Positions 49,023 through 60,218 of a DNA stretch of 64,000 bases are shown here, one piece after another (within the stretch, counting starts at the first letter, position 1; each line of letters opens with the position of its first letter). The stretch comes from Leptospira sp. (GTDB lineage: Bacteria; Spirochaetota; Leptospiria; Leptospirales; Leptospiraceae), in the NCBI GenBank assembly GCA_034439575.1, contig JAWXAQ010000027.1, positions 293,124 through 357,123 on the forward strand, in the 5' to 3' direction. The position numbers and the translations under genes were made by a program. A model generated the notes under the pieces. That model saw nothing but the letters and a program-made list of their open reading frames with translations. It was not told where the DNA came from and made no database searches.

Positions 49023-49876
49023 AAGTCGCTCACAATATAGAAGAATTGAGACTATCAATTAATGATTGGAAAAAAGAATCTGAGAGCATAGGTTTTGTAC
49101 CGACCATGGGTTTTTTACATGAAGGTCATATGGAACTAATGAAAGTTTCAAAACAACAAACTTCCAAGACAGTTGTTTCCATATTTGTAAATCCAACACA
49201 ATTCAACGATCCAGAAGATTATCTTAAGTATCCCTTGGATATTGAAGGTGATTTAAAAAAATGTGAAGATAGTGGAGTTAATTTAGTTTTCCTTCCAACA
49301 AAAGAAGTTATTTATCCTGAAGATAAAGGTACAATCATTCTAAATCAACCAGAACTACAGAAAAATTTATGTGGTCGCACAAGGCCCGGTCACTTCGAAG
49401 GAGTTATGTTAGTCGTAGCAAAATTATTCCATTTGGTATCGCCAGACAAAGGATTTTTTGGATTAAAAGATTACCAACAATTTCGAATCATAGAAGATAT
49501 GGTTCGATTGTTAAGTTTTCCCATTCAAATTATAGGGGTTCCCACATTTCGCGAATTAGATGGACTTGCAATGAGTTCAAGGAACGTAAGGTTAAGCCAA
49601 AAGGAAAGAGAAACTGCATCTCTAATCCCTCGGATGTTCGCTATGGCAGAACGTTTAGTTCAAGGTGGGGAAACAAATTTACGCGTGTTAAAAGAGATAC
49701 TCGCAGACTTTTTGCTTTCCGCATCAAATTTAAAAATAGATTATTTAGAGACAGTTGACCCAATTTCATTACAAGAAATTTTTGACATTAAGGAAAGTTT
49801 CCTTTTAGCTACTGCAGTTTTTATTGGCAACACACGACTAATCGATAATAAAATTCTTTCACCCGGAATCAAATAA
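49019..49876 (+). CDS. panC: Pantoate--beta-alanine ligase
   Basis: 285 aa with VPTMGFLHEGHMELM, FVNPTQF and GHFEGV. Its TTG start overlaps the hisD stop. Confidence 0.9.
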   Translation: MKVAHNIEELRLSINDWKKESESIGFVPTMGFLHEGHMELMKVSKQQTSKTVVSIFVNPTQFNDPEDYLKYPLDIEGDLKKCEDSGVNLVFLPTKEVIYPEDKGTIILNQPELQKNLCGRTRPGHFEGVMLVVAKLFHLVSPDKGFFGLKDYQQFRIIEDMVRLLSFPIQIIGVPTFRELDGLAMSSRNVRLSQKERETASLIPRMFAMAERLVQGGETNLRVLKEILADFLLSASNLKIDYLETVDPISLQEIFDIKESFLLATAVFIGNTRLIDNKILSPGIK

Positions 49877-49880
49877 TACT

Positions 49881-52800
49881 TTGAAAGCATACTTTACTCT
49901 CGCGAACGATTCTCTTGATTACAAAGAGATTTTAAAACAGTATTCTAAACATCGAATCAATATTAGTGGGATCGGTGACTATGGTGGGTCTCTTTTAGCA
50001 TCGCAAATATTTTATCAATTAAAAGGCGACGAACATAAATTAGTTGTCTTGGCAACAAATTCTGATGCCGAAGCATTTTGTCGGGAACTTTTATCATACG
50101 TAGATTCTGAGGATATATTTTATTTTCCAGGTCCAGAAAATATTCCCTACGAATATACAAAATGGCAACCAGAATGGAAGCGGGATCGAATCTTAACGAT
50201 CAACAGAATTTTCAGCAACAAAAAAGCTATGATTGTCACTTCCGTGGCAGGAATTCTTAGAAAAATTCCAGAAAAAAAGAGCCTTACAGGAAAATCCATC
50301 ATCCTCAAACAAGGAAATGATTATTCATTAGAGAAATTGGCTTTGGACCTAGTCCGATTAGGTTACCAAAGAGAAGAGGTCTGTGAACAATTTGGCCAGT
50401 TTAGTTTAAAAGGTGGGATATTGGATATCTACACACCTTACTTAAGTTATCCGGTCAGAATGGATTTTTTTGGTGATACCTTAGATGAACTAAGAACCTT
50501 TGATCCAAATACACAAAAATCAATTCAAAAAATTGAAGAAATTATTATTACTGCGGCAAATGAATTGGTATTTTCTAAACAAGAGTTAGATGCCTATCGA
50601 GAAAAACTTATCCACGAAGAATCGAAACGAATTCCTATCGAAGACGAGACCTCTATCTTAGAAGAACTTTTTCCCTTAGTTCGTAAACACGATGGTTTAC
50701 TTAGTTTATTTGAAAAAGAGCCCATTATCATTTATCCGAAAGTTTCGGAAACCAGGGAACGAGCCTTTGGAATGAAACGAGAATATGAGACTCTCTATGC
50801 TAAAAAATCTGATGAGGCAATTTGTTTAAATCCGATAAGTCTTTTATCATTTGATTTAGAATGGGATCACTTAACAGAAGACAGTTTGCCTGGAATTCAA
50901 TTTTCTTTATTACCAGATAATGAATATAATTTTGAATGTTTTTCCATTAAAGAGGTAAAGAGCTTTCGTGGTAAAATCAGAGAAGCCAAAGATCATTTTG
51001 ATGAATTGTTAGCTGGCGATACATTACATAAAATACTAATTACCTCTTCTTTTTCGGCACAAATGATGCGATTACAAGGTCTTTTTCCTGGTGAAAATAT
51101 TCCTATCATCAATCCAGATTCCGAAGAGCCAAATTTACTTCCACTAACTGACTTGAAACCAGGAATATATTTATCTCTCTCTGATATTCGAAAAGGATAC
51201 GAGCTCACCGAAGAGAATTTATATATTTTTACTGACAATGATCTATTCGGGCGTCAGTACAAACGAAAGTCTCGTTATAAAAAACAATCGTCACGAATGA
51301 TTGAATCTTTCATTGATTTGAAAGAAGGTGATTATGTTGTCCATGTCAATCATGGAGTGGGTAAATTTGTAAAAATTGAGCGAACAAAGGCAGATGGAAA
51401 AGAAAGAGATTTTCTAAAATTAGAATATTCTGCGGGCGATACTCTTTTTGTTCCTTTAGATCAGATATCACTGGTTCAAAAATATATTGGGGGCACTGAC
51501 TCACCAAGGTTAGATACATTAGGTAAAAACTCTTGGAAAAAGGCAAAAGAAAGAGTTCAAGCAAGTGTCGATAAATTAGCCGAAGAACTCGTGTTAATGT
51601 ATTCCAATCGATTGAAATTGAACGGGTTTCCCTTTCCTCCTGATACAATTTGGCAAGAAGAATTTGAAGCCGCATTTGAATTTGAAGAAACACCTGATCA
51701 AATCTCTGCGATTGAAGCCGTCAAACAAGACTTAGAGTCAGAAAGGCCGATGGATCGTTTGGTTTGTGGTGATGTGGGTTATGGAAAAACGGAAGTAGCC
51801 ATTCGCGCTGCATTCAAAGTGATAATGGCTGGTAAACAAGTGATGTTACTCACGCCAACAACCATACTCGCCTTACAACATTTTAATACATTTAAATCTA
51901 GGTATGAAAATTACCCGATCCGCATCGGTTTTGTTTCCAGGTTTCGCACAGCCTCAGAAGTGAGGGCTGATTTGAAATTGTTTACAGAAGGAAAAATTGA
52001 TATGTTGATTGGTACACATGCAATTCTTTCTTCAAAAGTAAAACCAAAAAATCTAGGTTTACTCGTTATTGACGAAGAACAGAAGTTTGGCGTAACTCAT
52101 AAAGAATCTATTAAAAAATTCAAACAATTAGTGGATGTTTTGACACTCACAGCCACTCCCATCCCAAGAACCTTACATATGGCTCTCACTGGCATACGAG
52201 AATTATCCATCATTTCAACGCCACCCAAAAACAGACAAAGTGTGGAAACCTATGTATTGGAAGAAGATGATACTCTAATTCAAGAAGCAATCCGTAAAGA
52301 AATAGCGCGCGGAGGACAGGTTTTTTATTTATATAACCGAGTTGAGTCCATTGAAGAAGAAGCAAGTTACATACGAACCCTTGTTCCCGAAGTAGCTATC
52401 GGAATTTTACATGGCCAGCTAACAGAAGATGAAATCGAGGAAACATTAGTAGATTTTTATAATCGAAAATACGATATTCTTGTTACTACTACAATCATTG
52501 AATCTGGTATTGATATGCCAAATGTCAATACCTTGATTGTGAAACGAGCAGATATGTTTGGTTTGTCCCAATTGTACCAAATACGAGGTAGGGTGGGTAG
52601 AAGTGATAGAAAGGCCTATGCCTATCTATTTTATCCTTCAAAGAATCTGATTACCGAAGTTGCTGAAAAAAGATTGAACACGATCTTCGAATACCAAGAA
52701 CTAGGATCGGGTTTTAAAGTGGCTATGCGAGATTTGGAAATTAGAGGTGCTGGAAATCTACTTGGTCGGGAACAATCTGGCGATATCATGGAAGTCGGCT

Positions 52801-53333
52801 TTGATCTATATGTAAAAATGTTAGAAGAAGCAATTTCTAAAGTTAAAGGGGAAGCAGTTGAAGTTGAAGTTCGAACAGCCGTTAACCTGAAGTCAAATTT
52901 TTATATTCCAGATTCCTATATTCCTGATACAAAACAAAAAATTGAATTTTATAAACGATTTGAAGGTGCAAGTGATTTAGATGATATCGCAGAATTGACT
53001 CTGGAAATGGAAGATCGATTTGGTGAATTACCTGCTATCGCTAAAACGTTTGTAGAACTTGAAAAGATTCGAACTCTTTCTTCTCGTTTGGGTTTTGAAT
53101 CTGTATCGGAAAAAACATCCGAAGTTGTGTTTAAATGTGGAACATACTTTCGAGGGGACCCTGCACGGATCATCCAGGGTTTGTCAAAATTTGATGGCTT
53201 AATCATTCATCCGCAAGAACCGTCAATTTTGCGTTATTCGATCAGTGAAGTGGATGATCTGAAAAAAATATCAAAATTACTAGCACTTTTAGCTTTCCTT
53301 TCGGAACCCATAAGCGATGGTCCAAAAAAGTGA
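49881..53333 (+). CDS. mfd: Transcription-repair coupling factor
   Basis: 1150 aa with a UvrB-homology N-terminal region, the RNAP-interaction domain ([13 protein letters not shown]) and the SF2 helicase core ([30 protein letters not shown]). Confidence 0.93.
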   Translation: MKAYFTLANDSLDYKEILKQYSKHRINISGIGDYGGSLLASQIFYQLKGDEHKLVVLATNSDAEAFCRELLSYVDSEDIFYFPGPENIPYEYTKWQPEWKRDRILTINRIFSNKKAMIVTSVAGILRKIPEKKSLTGKSIILKQGNDYSLEKLALDLVRLGYQREEVCEQFGQFSLKGGILDIYTPYLSYPVRMDFFGDTLDELRTFDPNTQKSIQKIEEIIITAANELVFSKQELDAYREKLIHEESKRIPIEDETSILEELFPLVRKHDGLLSLFEKEPIIIYPKVSETRERAFGMKREYETLYAKKSDEAICLNPISLLSFDLEWDHLTEDSLPGIQFSLLPDNEYNFECFSIKEVKSFRGKIREAKDHFDELLAGDTLHKILITSSFSAQMMRLQGLFPGENIPIINPDSEEPNLLPLTDLKPGIYLSLSDIRKGYELTEENLYIFTDNDLFGRQYKRKSRYKKQSSRMIESFIDLKEGDYVVHVNHGVGKFVKIERTKADGKERDFLKLEYSAGDTLFVPLDQISLVQKYIGGTDSPRLDTLGKNSWKKAKERVQASVDKLAEELVLMYSNRLKLNGFPFPPDTIWQEEFEAAFEFEETPDQISAIEAVKQDLESERPMDRLVCGDVGYGKTEVAIRAAFKVIMAGKQVMLLTPTTILALQHFNTFKSRYENYPIRIGFVSRFRTASEVRADLKLFTEGKIDMLIGTHAILSSKVKPKNLGLLVIDEEQKFGVTHKESIKKFKQLVDVLTLTATPIPRTLHMALTGIRELSIISTPPKNRQSVETYVLEEDDTLIQEAIRKEIARGGQVFYLYNRVESIEEEASYIRTLVPEVAIGILHGQLTEDEIEETLVDFYNRKYDILVTTTIIESGIDMPNVNTLIVKRADMFGLSQLYQIRGRVGRSDRKAYAYLFYPSKNLITEVAEKRLNTIFEYQELGSGFKVAMRDLEIRGAGNLLGREQSGDIMEVGFDLYVKMLEEAISKVKGEAVEVEVRTAVNLKSNFYIPDSYIPDTKQKIEFYKRFEGASDLDDIAELTLEMEDRFGELPAIAKTFVELEKIRTLSSRLGFESVSEKTSEVVFKCGTYFRGDPARIIQGLSKFDGLIIHPQEPSILRYSISEVDDLKKISKLLALLAFLSEPISDGPKK

Positions 53334-53402
53334 TAGACGTAACAAAGAATCGTTTTTTAACATCATACCAAATATAAATTCTTACCCTGCGGAAAACTTT
53401 GC

Positions 53403-54092
53403 ATGTCTAAAAACCTCTTACTTATTACACTTTTTACCCTTACGCCCTTTTTTATTAATTGTGGTGATACAAGTCCAGTGATTGAATCGCTAGATGGTCA
53501 TAAAATTACTGTCAAAGAATTTGAAACTGCTTATGATACAGCTTTAGATTCTATCAGCCGATTGCAAAATATTGAGAAAAAAACTCTATTAGAGTTTGTT
53601 GAAAAAGAGATTGCAGAAGTTCCTCAACAATTCCAAGAATTGAACTACCAATTGCAAAAAAAGAATTTTTACTTAACTTACCGCCAAATGTTAATGACAA
53701 AGTTGGTTGCGGAAAAGAAAGGATATTACTCTAGACCAGACGTGCAAGAAGTACTCAAACAAGTTGAAATGCAAACCATAGCTCAAATGTATGTTTCTGA
53801 GCAAGTGGAGAAAAAAATCCAAATCACAGAACAACAAGCAAAATCTGAGTGCGAACGACTTCGTGGCCTTGATAAAAATATTGCTTCTTTAACAATTGAT
53901 AAATGTTTACAATTTGCAAAAGCGCAATTAAAGAGTGCTCAAACAAGAGAACAGTTGCCACTTGTTGTGGAAAGAATCAAAGAAGAAGTTATCATCAAAC
54001 GAAATGATAAATTTGACTTAGATGCATATCTTGCCCCTAAGAAAAAATCTGTCGAAACACCAGAAGCTGAAAGCACGCCTGCCGGAAAGTAA
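53403..54092 (+). CDS. Putative lipoprotein, SurA-N/PpiD-like chaperone domain without a PPIase domain
   Basis: 229 aa with the lipobox LTPFFINC. The helical sequence resembles the N-terminal chaperone domain of SurA/PrsA-type proteins. This is a weak call. Confidence 0.45.
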   Translation: MSKNLLLITLFTLTPFFINCGDTSPVIESLDGHKITVKEFETAYDTALDSISRLQNIEKKTLLEFVEKEIAEVPQQFQELNYQLQKKNFYLTYRQMLMTKLVAEKKGYYSRPDVQEVLKQVEMQTIAQMYVSEQVEKKIQITEQQAKSECERLRGLDKNIASLTIDKCLQFAKAQLKSAQTREQLPLVVERIKEEVIIKRNDKFDLDAYLAPKKKSVETPEAESTPAGK

Positions 54093-54094
54093 GT

Positions 54095-54943
54095 CTGGAT
54101 AATCATTTAAATGCATTCCTCCGTGGGGTTTTAGAAGCCGTCACGGAGTTTTTACCTGTATCTTCTACGGGTCACTTATACTTTTTTAGTTATTTTTTCC
54201 CCTTTCAAGGACTCGGCGAAATCAGCGAATCCTTTGAAGACCTTTATGATATCTTTATCCAATCAGGCGCGATCCTTTCCGTTTTATTTCTCTACTATAA
54301 AAAGTTTTTTCTGCATGCAAAAGAATCCATATCTTATCTTAAGGGAAATGTTTCGGATAAAGTTGGTTTTGATTTTTATAGAAATATCTTAATAGGCATT
54401 ATTCCTATCATATTACTTGGGTTTGGTTTCAAATCAATTTTGGATACCGTCAAACAAAGCCAGAACCTATTATTGATCCTTGGTCTATCATGGTTAATTG
54501 GTGGATTGATTATGATTGGCGTCGAAATTTGGCGTGAATCAAAATCGGAAGAAGAAACAACGCATATTGTTGGGATAAAGGATGCGATATTGATTGGTTT
54601 CTTTCAATGTTTTGCACTCATACCCGGAGTATCTAGATCAGCTGCTACAATCGTCACCGCGAGAATGTTAGGTGTCTCAAAAAAAGATTCGGCAGAATTT
54701 TCCTTTTTTTTGGCTTTGCCAGTATTGACCTTAGCTGGTCTTTATAAGCTTTATAAACATAGAGCCATCTTAAATACCGAAACGATTGGTATTCTGATTT
54801 TTGGCTCTCTTGTTTCTTTTTTAATATGTTATTTTATTATAAAGCTTTTCATCGCATTTTTAAGAAGGAGAAGCTTTTTATCTTTTGGAATTTATAGAAT
54901 GATTCTCGGGACACTTGTGACTCTTTATTTTATTAACAAATAG
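54095..54943 (+). CDS. uppP: Undecaprenyl-diphosphate phosphatase (BacA/UppP), apparently with a non-canonical start
   Basis: The track ORF (54440..54943) is only the C-terminal part (FQCFALIPGVSRSAATI, EFSFFLALP). The same frame is open from 54071 and encodes the UppP N-terminal signature EFLPVSSTGH at 54146-54175. The only start-like codon upstream of that motif is CTG 54095. Confidence 0.75.
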   Translation: MDNHLNAFLRGVLEAVTEFLPVSSTGHLYFFSYFFPFQGLGEISESFEDLYDIFIQSGAILSVLFLYYKKFFLHAKESISYLKGNVSDKVGFDFYRNILIGIIPIILLGFGFKSILDTVKQSQNLLLILGLSWLIGGLIMIGVEIWRESKSEEETTHIVGIKDAILIGFFQCFALIPGVSRSAATIVTARMLGVSKKDSAEFSFFLALPVLTLAGLYKLYKHRAILNTETIGILIFGSLVSFLICYFIIKLFIAFLRRRSFLSFGIYRMILGTLVTLYFINK

Positions 54944-54945
54944 AT

Positions 54946-57513
54946 CTAACTAAGCTTTTTCTCTAATCGTTGTAAGTCTCTATTTTCAGGTTGGTCTTTT
55001 AAAGAAACCTTTAGTAAATTCATGGCCTTGGATTTGTTTTCCGTTTTGGCATATAAAAATATTAGATTGATATTGTTCTTTATGTGTTTCGGATTTCTTA
55101 CCTTTAATCTTTCTGCCCAGGAAATTGCTTTCTGGTAATGGTCATTCTTCGAATAGGTCAGAGTCAGCATTAAAAATAATTCTTCGCGGTCAGGTCTGAT
55201 ATTAACTGCAGTTTCTAAATATTTAGTGGCATTTTTCCAATCTTTTTCACGGAAGTATATTTTGCCTAACAACTGATATATGCTATGATGTTCTGGATAA
55301 TGATTCAAAAGGTTTAAAAGTATTGTCTTAGCTTCTCTGAAATCTTCCTTCCTTGATAGATTTTTAGCAATCGTGAATTTATTTAGGCTATCTTCGTCAA
55401 ATTGTGGCTTTGATTTTCCATCGAAGGAAATTTTAATTAATGTTAAATCATCTGTAATATCGCCAAAAGATTCGATTTGTTTAACTATATCGTCTAAATT
55501 AGCATGGGAAGATTCTATCCATTTGAGTATCAGTGTTTCGTCTTCATTGATGATACGATTGCCTGATTGTTCTGTGCCAGGTAGAGCAATATCATCTCTT
55601 CCATCCGATCCACAAATAAGGATATCTCCCGCATACAATTGGTATGTTTTAATGGAAAAATTTTGGTCGTTTTTCGGAAAGCCGAGTTTTCTCAACCACA
55701 ATTCATTTTCAATAAAAGAAGCTTTTCCATCTCGATACAATATGGTCCAAGGATGTTCTGCATTTATATAATATAAATAGCCACTGTCTTCTTCAACAAG
55801 TCCTAGGGCAATCGACGTTAACATCGAACCATCGAAACTTTCAAATGTCATTTGTAATTCTAAGAATAAATCACGTAACCAAAGTTCGGGGGATGTGTTG
55901 TCTTGTTCGCTTACTTTTGTTCTAGCTAAAACTGCATGAAATACGACTCCGAGAACCAGGGCACCGCCCGCACCCTGAATGGACTTACCCATAGCATCGC
56001 CATTGATAAAAACAGTGTACAATTTATCGCCTAATTTAATGTTATTTGAAATACAGATATCGCCGCCAATTTCTGTTTTTCTTCCGCGAAATTCGAAATG
56101 CTTTTTTTGGCGTGTGAAAAATGAGGTTTTTACAATTTTGCTTTTGTTATCGTTTCTTGCTAAAGGATTAATCAATAAGGAAGTTAAAAAATAATCTCCA
56201 TCCTGTTGTTCTTTTAGGAGATTGACTTGTGTTAAGGTGGAGTTTAATGCCTCGGTTCTGTCTGCGACTTTCTTTTCTAGATTTTTATTTAAGTCCTCCA
56301 CTTCTTCGTTCAATTTAACAAAACTATTGGCAAGGATAGTCGCCAAACTGACAATAAATGCTAAAAAAGCATAACCTAAAATTCTAGGAAAAACAAATAT
56401 CCCACGTGTGGATAAAATATCCAGTAAACTTGCGACGAGAACTACTAACATACCTATTAGAATCAAACCTGCTTGTTTGTCTTTTTCTCGGGTCTTTTTT
56501 AATAAATAATAAAGTATAATTACAACATAAAAGATCCAAGTGGGTTGAATTATCTTATTCATCATCCAATTGTTAATTTCAATATTTGATGTAATAAGGA
56601 AAAAAAGGAAAAAACAAATTTGTAAACCGTCAATTATTTTAAATAAGAGCAAATATTTGAAATCAAATAATTTACGAATGAAATGAAACATAAAAGGGAT
56701 GAGAGTTAAAAGAATCATATATTCAACTTTCTTCATATATAAGAAAGGAATTCCGAATTCATATTTGATTTGATTGCGTAGCAAATTGTAAAAGACGAGA
56801 CCGATAGAAAATAGGGCAAAAAATAGATTTTCGGATTCTCTGCGCCTTCTAATAAACAAAAATAAAAAATAACCACCTACTGTTAGATATACGACAAGGA
56901 ACAGTAGTTTGGTGAATTCTTCAAAATAGAATTTTTTCATCATTTGAGATGATTTTCCTAATGAAGTACTGTCTTGTTCAACTCCTACCGTATAATCAAA
57001 GTATGGTTGAATATGAACCATAATTAAATTTGTCTCGCCATAATTGATCAATTGATTTGGGATAGGATAAAGACGGATGCGATCATAACTTTGAGGTTCA
57101 TGAGCATCCCATTTCCCTGTTTCAGCAATCTTAACACCATTCCAATAGAATTTATCTCTATCATTGATAACACCAAGACGAATCGAAATATTGCCCTGGT
57201 TATCCTTAGGCATTCTTATCCACTTAGCAAGAAGTATGTTTTTTTTGCCCTGAAACTCAGGTGCTTCCTTTGCAATATTTCCAGGCACTTTGACAGTTTT
57301 CCAAAGTGATTTATCAAACGGGGCTAAGCTTTGTTTTTTAATTTCAGATTCAGAGAGTTCTCCCGTAAAAACATACCAAGCAGAATCTTGATTTTCATTG
57401 GAATCTAGGCTGACAGGAGATTCTAAATTTGTAACCTGGAAGGTATTGGGTTTCTCTTCTGAAGAAAGACTGTAATTGAATAACAGGAAAAGAATCAAAA
57501 AATATTTTGTCAT
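54946..57513 (-). CDS. 7TMR-DISM-type sensor, PP2C (SpoIIE/RsbU-type) phosphatase with C-terminal TPR repeats
   Basis: 855 aa with a signal peptide, a ~190-aa extracytoplasmic domain, 7 TM helices and a coiled coil. The PP2C core is nearly colinear with the 10704..13841 paralogue (QQDGDYFLTSLL, GDAMGKSIQGAGGALVLG, FDGSMLTS, INAEHPW, GSDGRDD). A TPR tail follows. Confidence 0.8.
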   Translation of the reverse strand: MTKYFLILFLLFNYSLSSEEKPNTFQVTNLESPVSLDSNENQDSAWYVFTGELSESEIKKQSLAPFDKSLWKTVKVPGNIAKEAPEFQGKKNILLAKWIRMPKDNQGNISIRLGVINDRDKFYWNGVKIAETGKWDAHEPQSYDRIRLYPIPNQLINYGETNLIMVHIQPYFDYTVGVEQDSTSLGKSSQMMKKFYFEEFTKLLFLVVYLTVGGYFLFLFIRRRRESENLFFALFSIGLVFYNLLRNQIKYEFGIPFLYMKKVEYMILLTLIPFMFHFIRKLFDFKYLLLFKIIDGLQICFFLFFLITSNIEINNWMMNKIIQPTWIFYVVIILYYLLKKTREKDKQAGLILIGMLVVLVASLLDILSTRGIFVFPRILGYAFLAFIVSLATILANSFVKLNEEVEDLNKNLEKKVADRTEALNSTLTQVNLLKEQQDGDYFLTSLLINPLARNDNKSKIVKTSFFTRQKKHFEFRGRKTEIGGDICISNNIKLGDKLYTVFINGDAMGKSIQGAGGALVLGVVFHAVLARTKVSEQDNTSPELWLRDLFLELQMTFESFDGSMLTSIALGLVEEDSGYLYYINAEHPWTILYRDGKASFIENELWLRKLGFPKNDQNFSIKTYQLYAGDILICGSDGRDDIALPGTEQSGNRIINEDETLILKWIESSHANLDDIVKQIESFGDITDDLTLIKISFDGKSKPQFDEDSLNKFTIAKNLSRKEDFREAKTILLNLLNHYPEHHSIYQLLGKIYFREKDWKNATKYLETAVNIRPDREELFLMLTLTYSKNDHYQKAISWAERLKVRNPKHIKNNINLIFLYAKTENKSKAMNLLKVSLKDQPENRDLQRLEKKLS

Positions 57514-57572
57514 GTTAGAGTGTTGTCATCTGGCAAAGCATGAAATAAAGAAACCATAGACATTAGATATAT

Positions 57573-58745
57573 ATGTACATTAAGTTAAAAAAAGCAAAAG
57601 AAAAAGCAGTTTTAAATTTTCATCCATGGATTTTTTCAGGAGCAATCCATGAAGTAGAAAAAGGGATAAAATCTGGTGATACAGTTAAAGTTCTTTCACA
57701 TGAAGGGCAATTTCTGGCTTACGGACACTTTGATCCTTCCAGTCAAATCAGAGTAAGGTGCTTTTCTTATCTTGAGAATGAGTCTGATGAAACACCAGAA
57801 TTTTGGCTAAAGAGATGGCGTGAAATATATAAAAGAAAAATTGATTCCTTTATAGATACAGAGAATACTGGATTTCGTTTTTTATATTCCGAAGGTGATA
57901 TGTCGCCCGGATTTATTGTAGATTGTTATGATCAATCAGCTGTATTTTTTTGTCGAACACCAGGAAGCATTCGTCACAAACAGACATTAGTTTCCCTTTT
58001 AATAGAATTAGGATTCAATAACATTCTTGAAAAAGAATCTAAAAACGAATCAGATGAAGTGATCAATGCGATCTTTCATAAAGGTCATGACAAAAAGGTA
58101 GTTTTCGTAGAACATGGCTTACGTTATTATTCAGATTTGGAATTTGGCCAAAAGACTGGTTTCTTTTTGGACCAAAGAGAAAATCGAAAATTACTAGGAA
58201 GTTATGCGAAAGGAAAAATTGTATTAAATGCATTTGCCTATTCAGGTGCATTTTCAGTTTGTGCCTTAAAGAATAAGGCAGAGATGGTACATAGTTTAGA
58301 TATTTCATCTCAGGCGATAGCCTTAACGGAAGAAAATTTAGATTTAAATTTTGATCAATCGTTTATCGAAAGTAAACACAAAAGTATCGTTAAAGATTGT
58401 TTTGTGTTTTTAAAAGAAATGAAAATGGATGAATATGATTTGATTATTTTAGATCCACCTGCCTTTACAAAAAATATTTCAACTGTCAACCAAGCAGCTC
58501 GTGGTTATAAAGAGATCAATATGAAGGCCATTTCAAAAATCAAAAAGGGTGGGATCATATTTACTTTTTCTTGCTCGCAACACATTTCCTCTGACCTTTT
58601 TCGCAAAATCATTTTTGGTGCTGCTAAAGATACAGGTCGTCCAGTGAAGGTTCTTCACCAAATGAGCCAGGCAAGCGATCACGCTTTTTCTATCTATCAT
58701 CCTGAGGGTGAATACTTGAAAGGGCTTGTGATTCAAGTTGATTAA
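57573..58745 (+). CDS. PUA-domain class I SAM-dependent rRNA (cytosine-C5) methyltransferase, RlmI/YwbD-like
   Basis: 390 aa with an N-terminal PUA-like segment (FHPWIFSGAI...GDTVKV) and a Rossmann methyltransferase core (VLNAFAYSGAFSV, LIILDPPAF). Confidence 0.8.
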   Translation: MYIKLKKAKEKAVLNFHPWIFSGAIHEVEKGIKSGDTVKVLSHEGQFLAYGHFDPSSQIRVRCFSYLENESDETPEFWLKRWREIYKRKIDSFIDTENTGFRFLYSEGDMSPGFIVDCYDQSAVFFCRTPGSIRHKQTLVSLLIELGFNNILEKESKNESDEVINAIFHKGHDKKVVFVEHGLRYYSDLEFGQKTGFFLDQRENRKLLGSYAKGKIVLNAFAYSGAFSVCALKNKAEMVHSLDISSQAIALTEENLDLNFDQSFIESKHKSIVKDCFVFLKEMKMDEYDLIILDPPAFTKNISTVNQAARGYKEINMKAISKIKKGGIIFTFSCSQHISSDLFRKIIFGAAKDTGRPVKVLHQMSQASDHAFSIYHPEGEYLKGLVIQVD

Positions 58746-58780
58746 TGTAGAATGACTTTCAATCCTGGACAGAACTTCCT

Positions 58781-60214
58781 ATGAAATTTACTTCTTTAAG
58801 TTTCCTATTATTTTTTTTAATCGTTTATGTATTGAATTGGGTTTTGAAAGGAAAAGCCAGACATCTTTTTCTATTTGTTGTTTCCGTTTTATTTTATGCG
58901 GCTTGGTCAATTCCCTTCGCGTTTCATTTTCTTGCCATAGTCATTATAAATCATTTTGCTAATATACAAATTCAGAAGAATCAAAAATCCAAGTGGTTTT
59001 ATTCGATTCTGATTTTAAATTTTGGAAATCTTTTTCTGTTTAAATATTTCTATTTTGTTTGGGATAGTCTATTATATATCACTGCTTCGCCACTATATTC
59101 ACCTGAACATATTCGTTCCTTTCTTGAAAGTCAATTTGGTTTTGAATCAATCACTTTGCCTCTAGCCATTAGCTTTTATTCATTTCAAATGATAGCCTAT
59201 ACTATCGATGTTAAACGAGGCGAAGCTAAAGAAAATCCGAATTTTTTACAATTTGCACTATTTATATTTTTCTTTCCCCAATTAGTAGCAGGACCGATAG
59301 TCAGGCATGGAGAATTTTTTCACCAATTGCAAAATTGGGAAGTTAAAAAACATCAGTTATTCGAAGGTCTTTATCTAGTTTTTTTAGGATTAATAAAAAA
59401 AGTTGTGGTCGCTGATAATTTAGCGCAAGTTACAGATCCTATATTTTTTAATCCAAATTCTTTTGATGGTGTGTCCAATGGAATGGCTCTTGTTGGCTTT
59501 GCTTGTCGTGCCTATTGTGACTTTTCTGGATATACAGACCTTGCCCGTGGTCTTGGTAAACTGCTCGGTATAGATTTGCCAGAAAATTTCAAGGCTCCGT
59601 TTTTGGCTTCTTCAATCAGTGAAGTTTGGACTAGATGGCATATGACGCTTGCTAGCTGGATTCGTGATTATATTTATATACCACTTGGCGGATCAAGAGT
59701 AAACGAAATTAGATCCTATTTTAATTTACTCCTAACTTTTTCCCTCACTGGGCTTTGGCATGGAGCCAATATAACTTTTTTTCTATGGGGATTTTCCCAC
59801 GGTACACTATTATGTTTGGAGAGAAAGTGGAATCTATTTAGAAAAGCAAAGGGTGGAGATATCAATCTTCCTTTGCCAATGTATAGAAAAATTTTAGGAA
59901 TTATTTATGCATTTGGTTTCTTTAGCCTAACAACCGCATTCTTTAATGCAAGTAATGTGAGTATATCAAAGTTTTTATTAAAAAATACTTTTCTTGGAAA
60001 CGTAGGTTTAAGAACCCCGAAATTAGAATTACTTTTTTATTCACTCATCTTAACATATTTGTTTAACTATTTACAATTGAAGGAAAGTTTTCCAAGAAAA
60101 GAATGGTCAACTTTGAAAAGTATTAGTTTTCTTTTTGTCTTTGGATTTGTTTCCTTAATTCTTCTCGGTTATCTGGCACCTGGAGGCACTGAATTTATTT
60201 ATTTTCAGTTTTAA
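58781..60214 (+). CDS. MBOAT family O-acyltransferase (AlgI/DltB/PatA-like)
   Basis: 477-aa polytopic protein with FFPQLVAGPIVR, WTRWHMTLASWIRDYIYIPLGGSR and the invariant His context GLWHGAN. Confidence 0.85.
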   Translation: MKFTSLSFLLFFLIVYVLNWVLKGKARHLFLFVVSVLFYAAWSIPFAFHFLAIVIINHFANIQIQKNQKSKWFYSILILNFGNLFLFKYFYFVWDSLLYITASPLYSPEHIRSFLESQFGFESITLPLAISFYSFQMIAYTIDVKRGEAKENPNFLQFALFIFFFPQLVAGPIVRHGEFFHQLQNWEVKKHQLFEGLYLVFLGLIKKVVVADNLAQVTDPIFFNPNSFDGVSNGMALVGFACRAYCDFSGYTDLARGLGKLLGIDLPENFKAPFLASSISEVWTRWHMTLASWIRDYIYIPLGGSRVNEIRSYFNLLLTFSLTGLWHGANITFFLWGFSHGTLLCLERKWNLFRKAKGGDINLPLPMYRKILGIIYAFGFFSLTTAFFNASNVSISKFLLKNTFLGNVGLRTPKLELLFYSLILTYLFNYLQLKESFPRKEWSTLKSISFLFVFGFVSLILLGYLAPGGTEFIYFQF

Positions 60215-60218
60215 ATTT

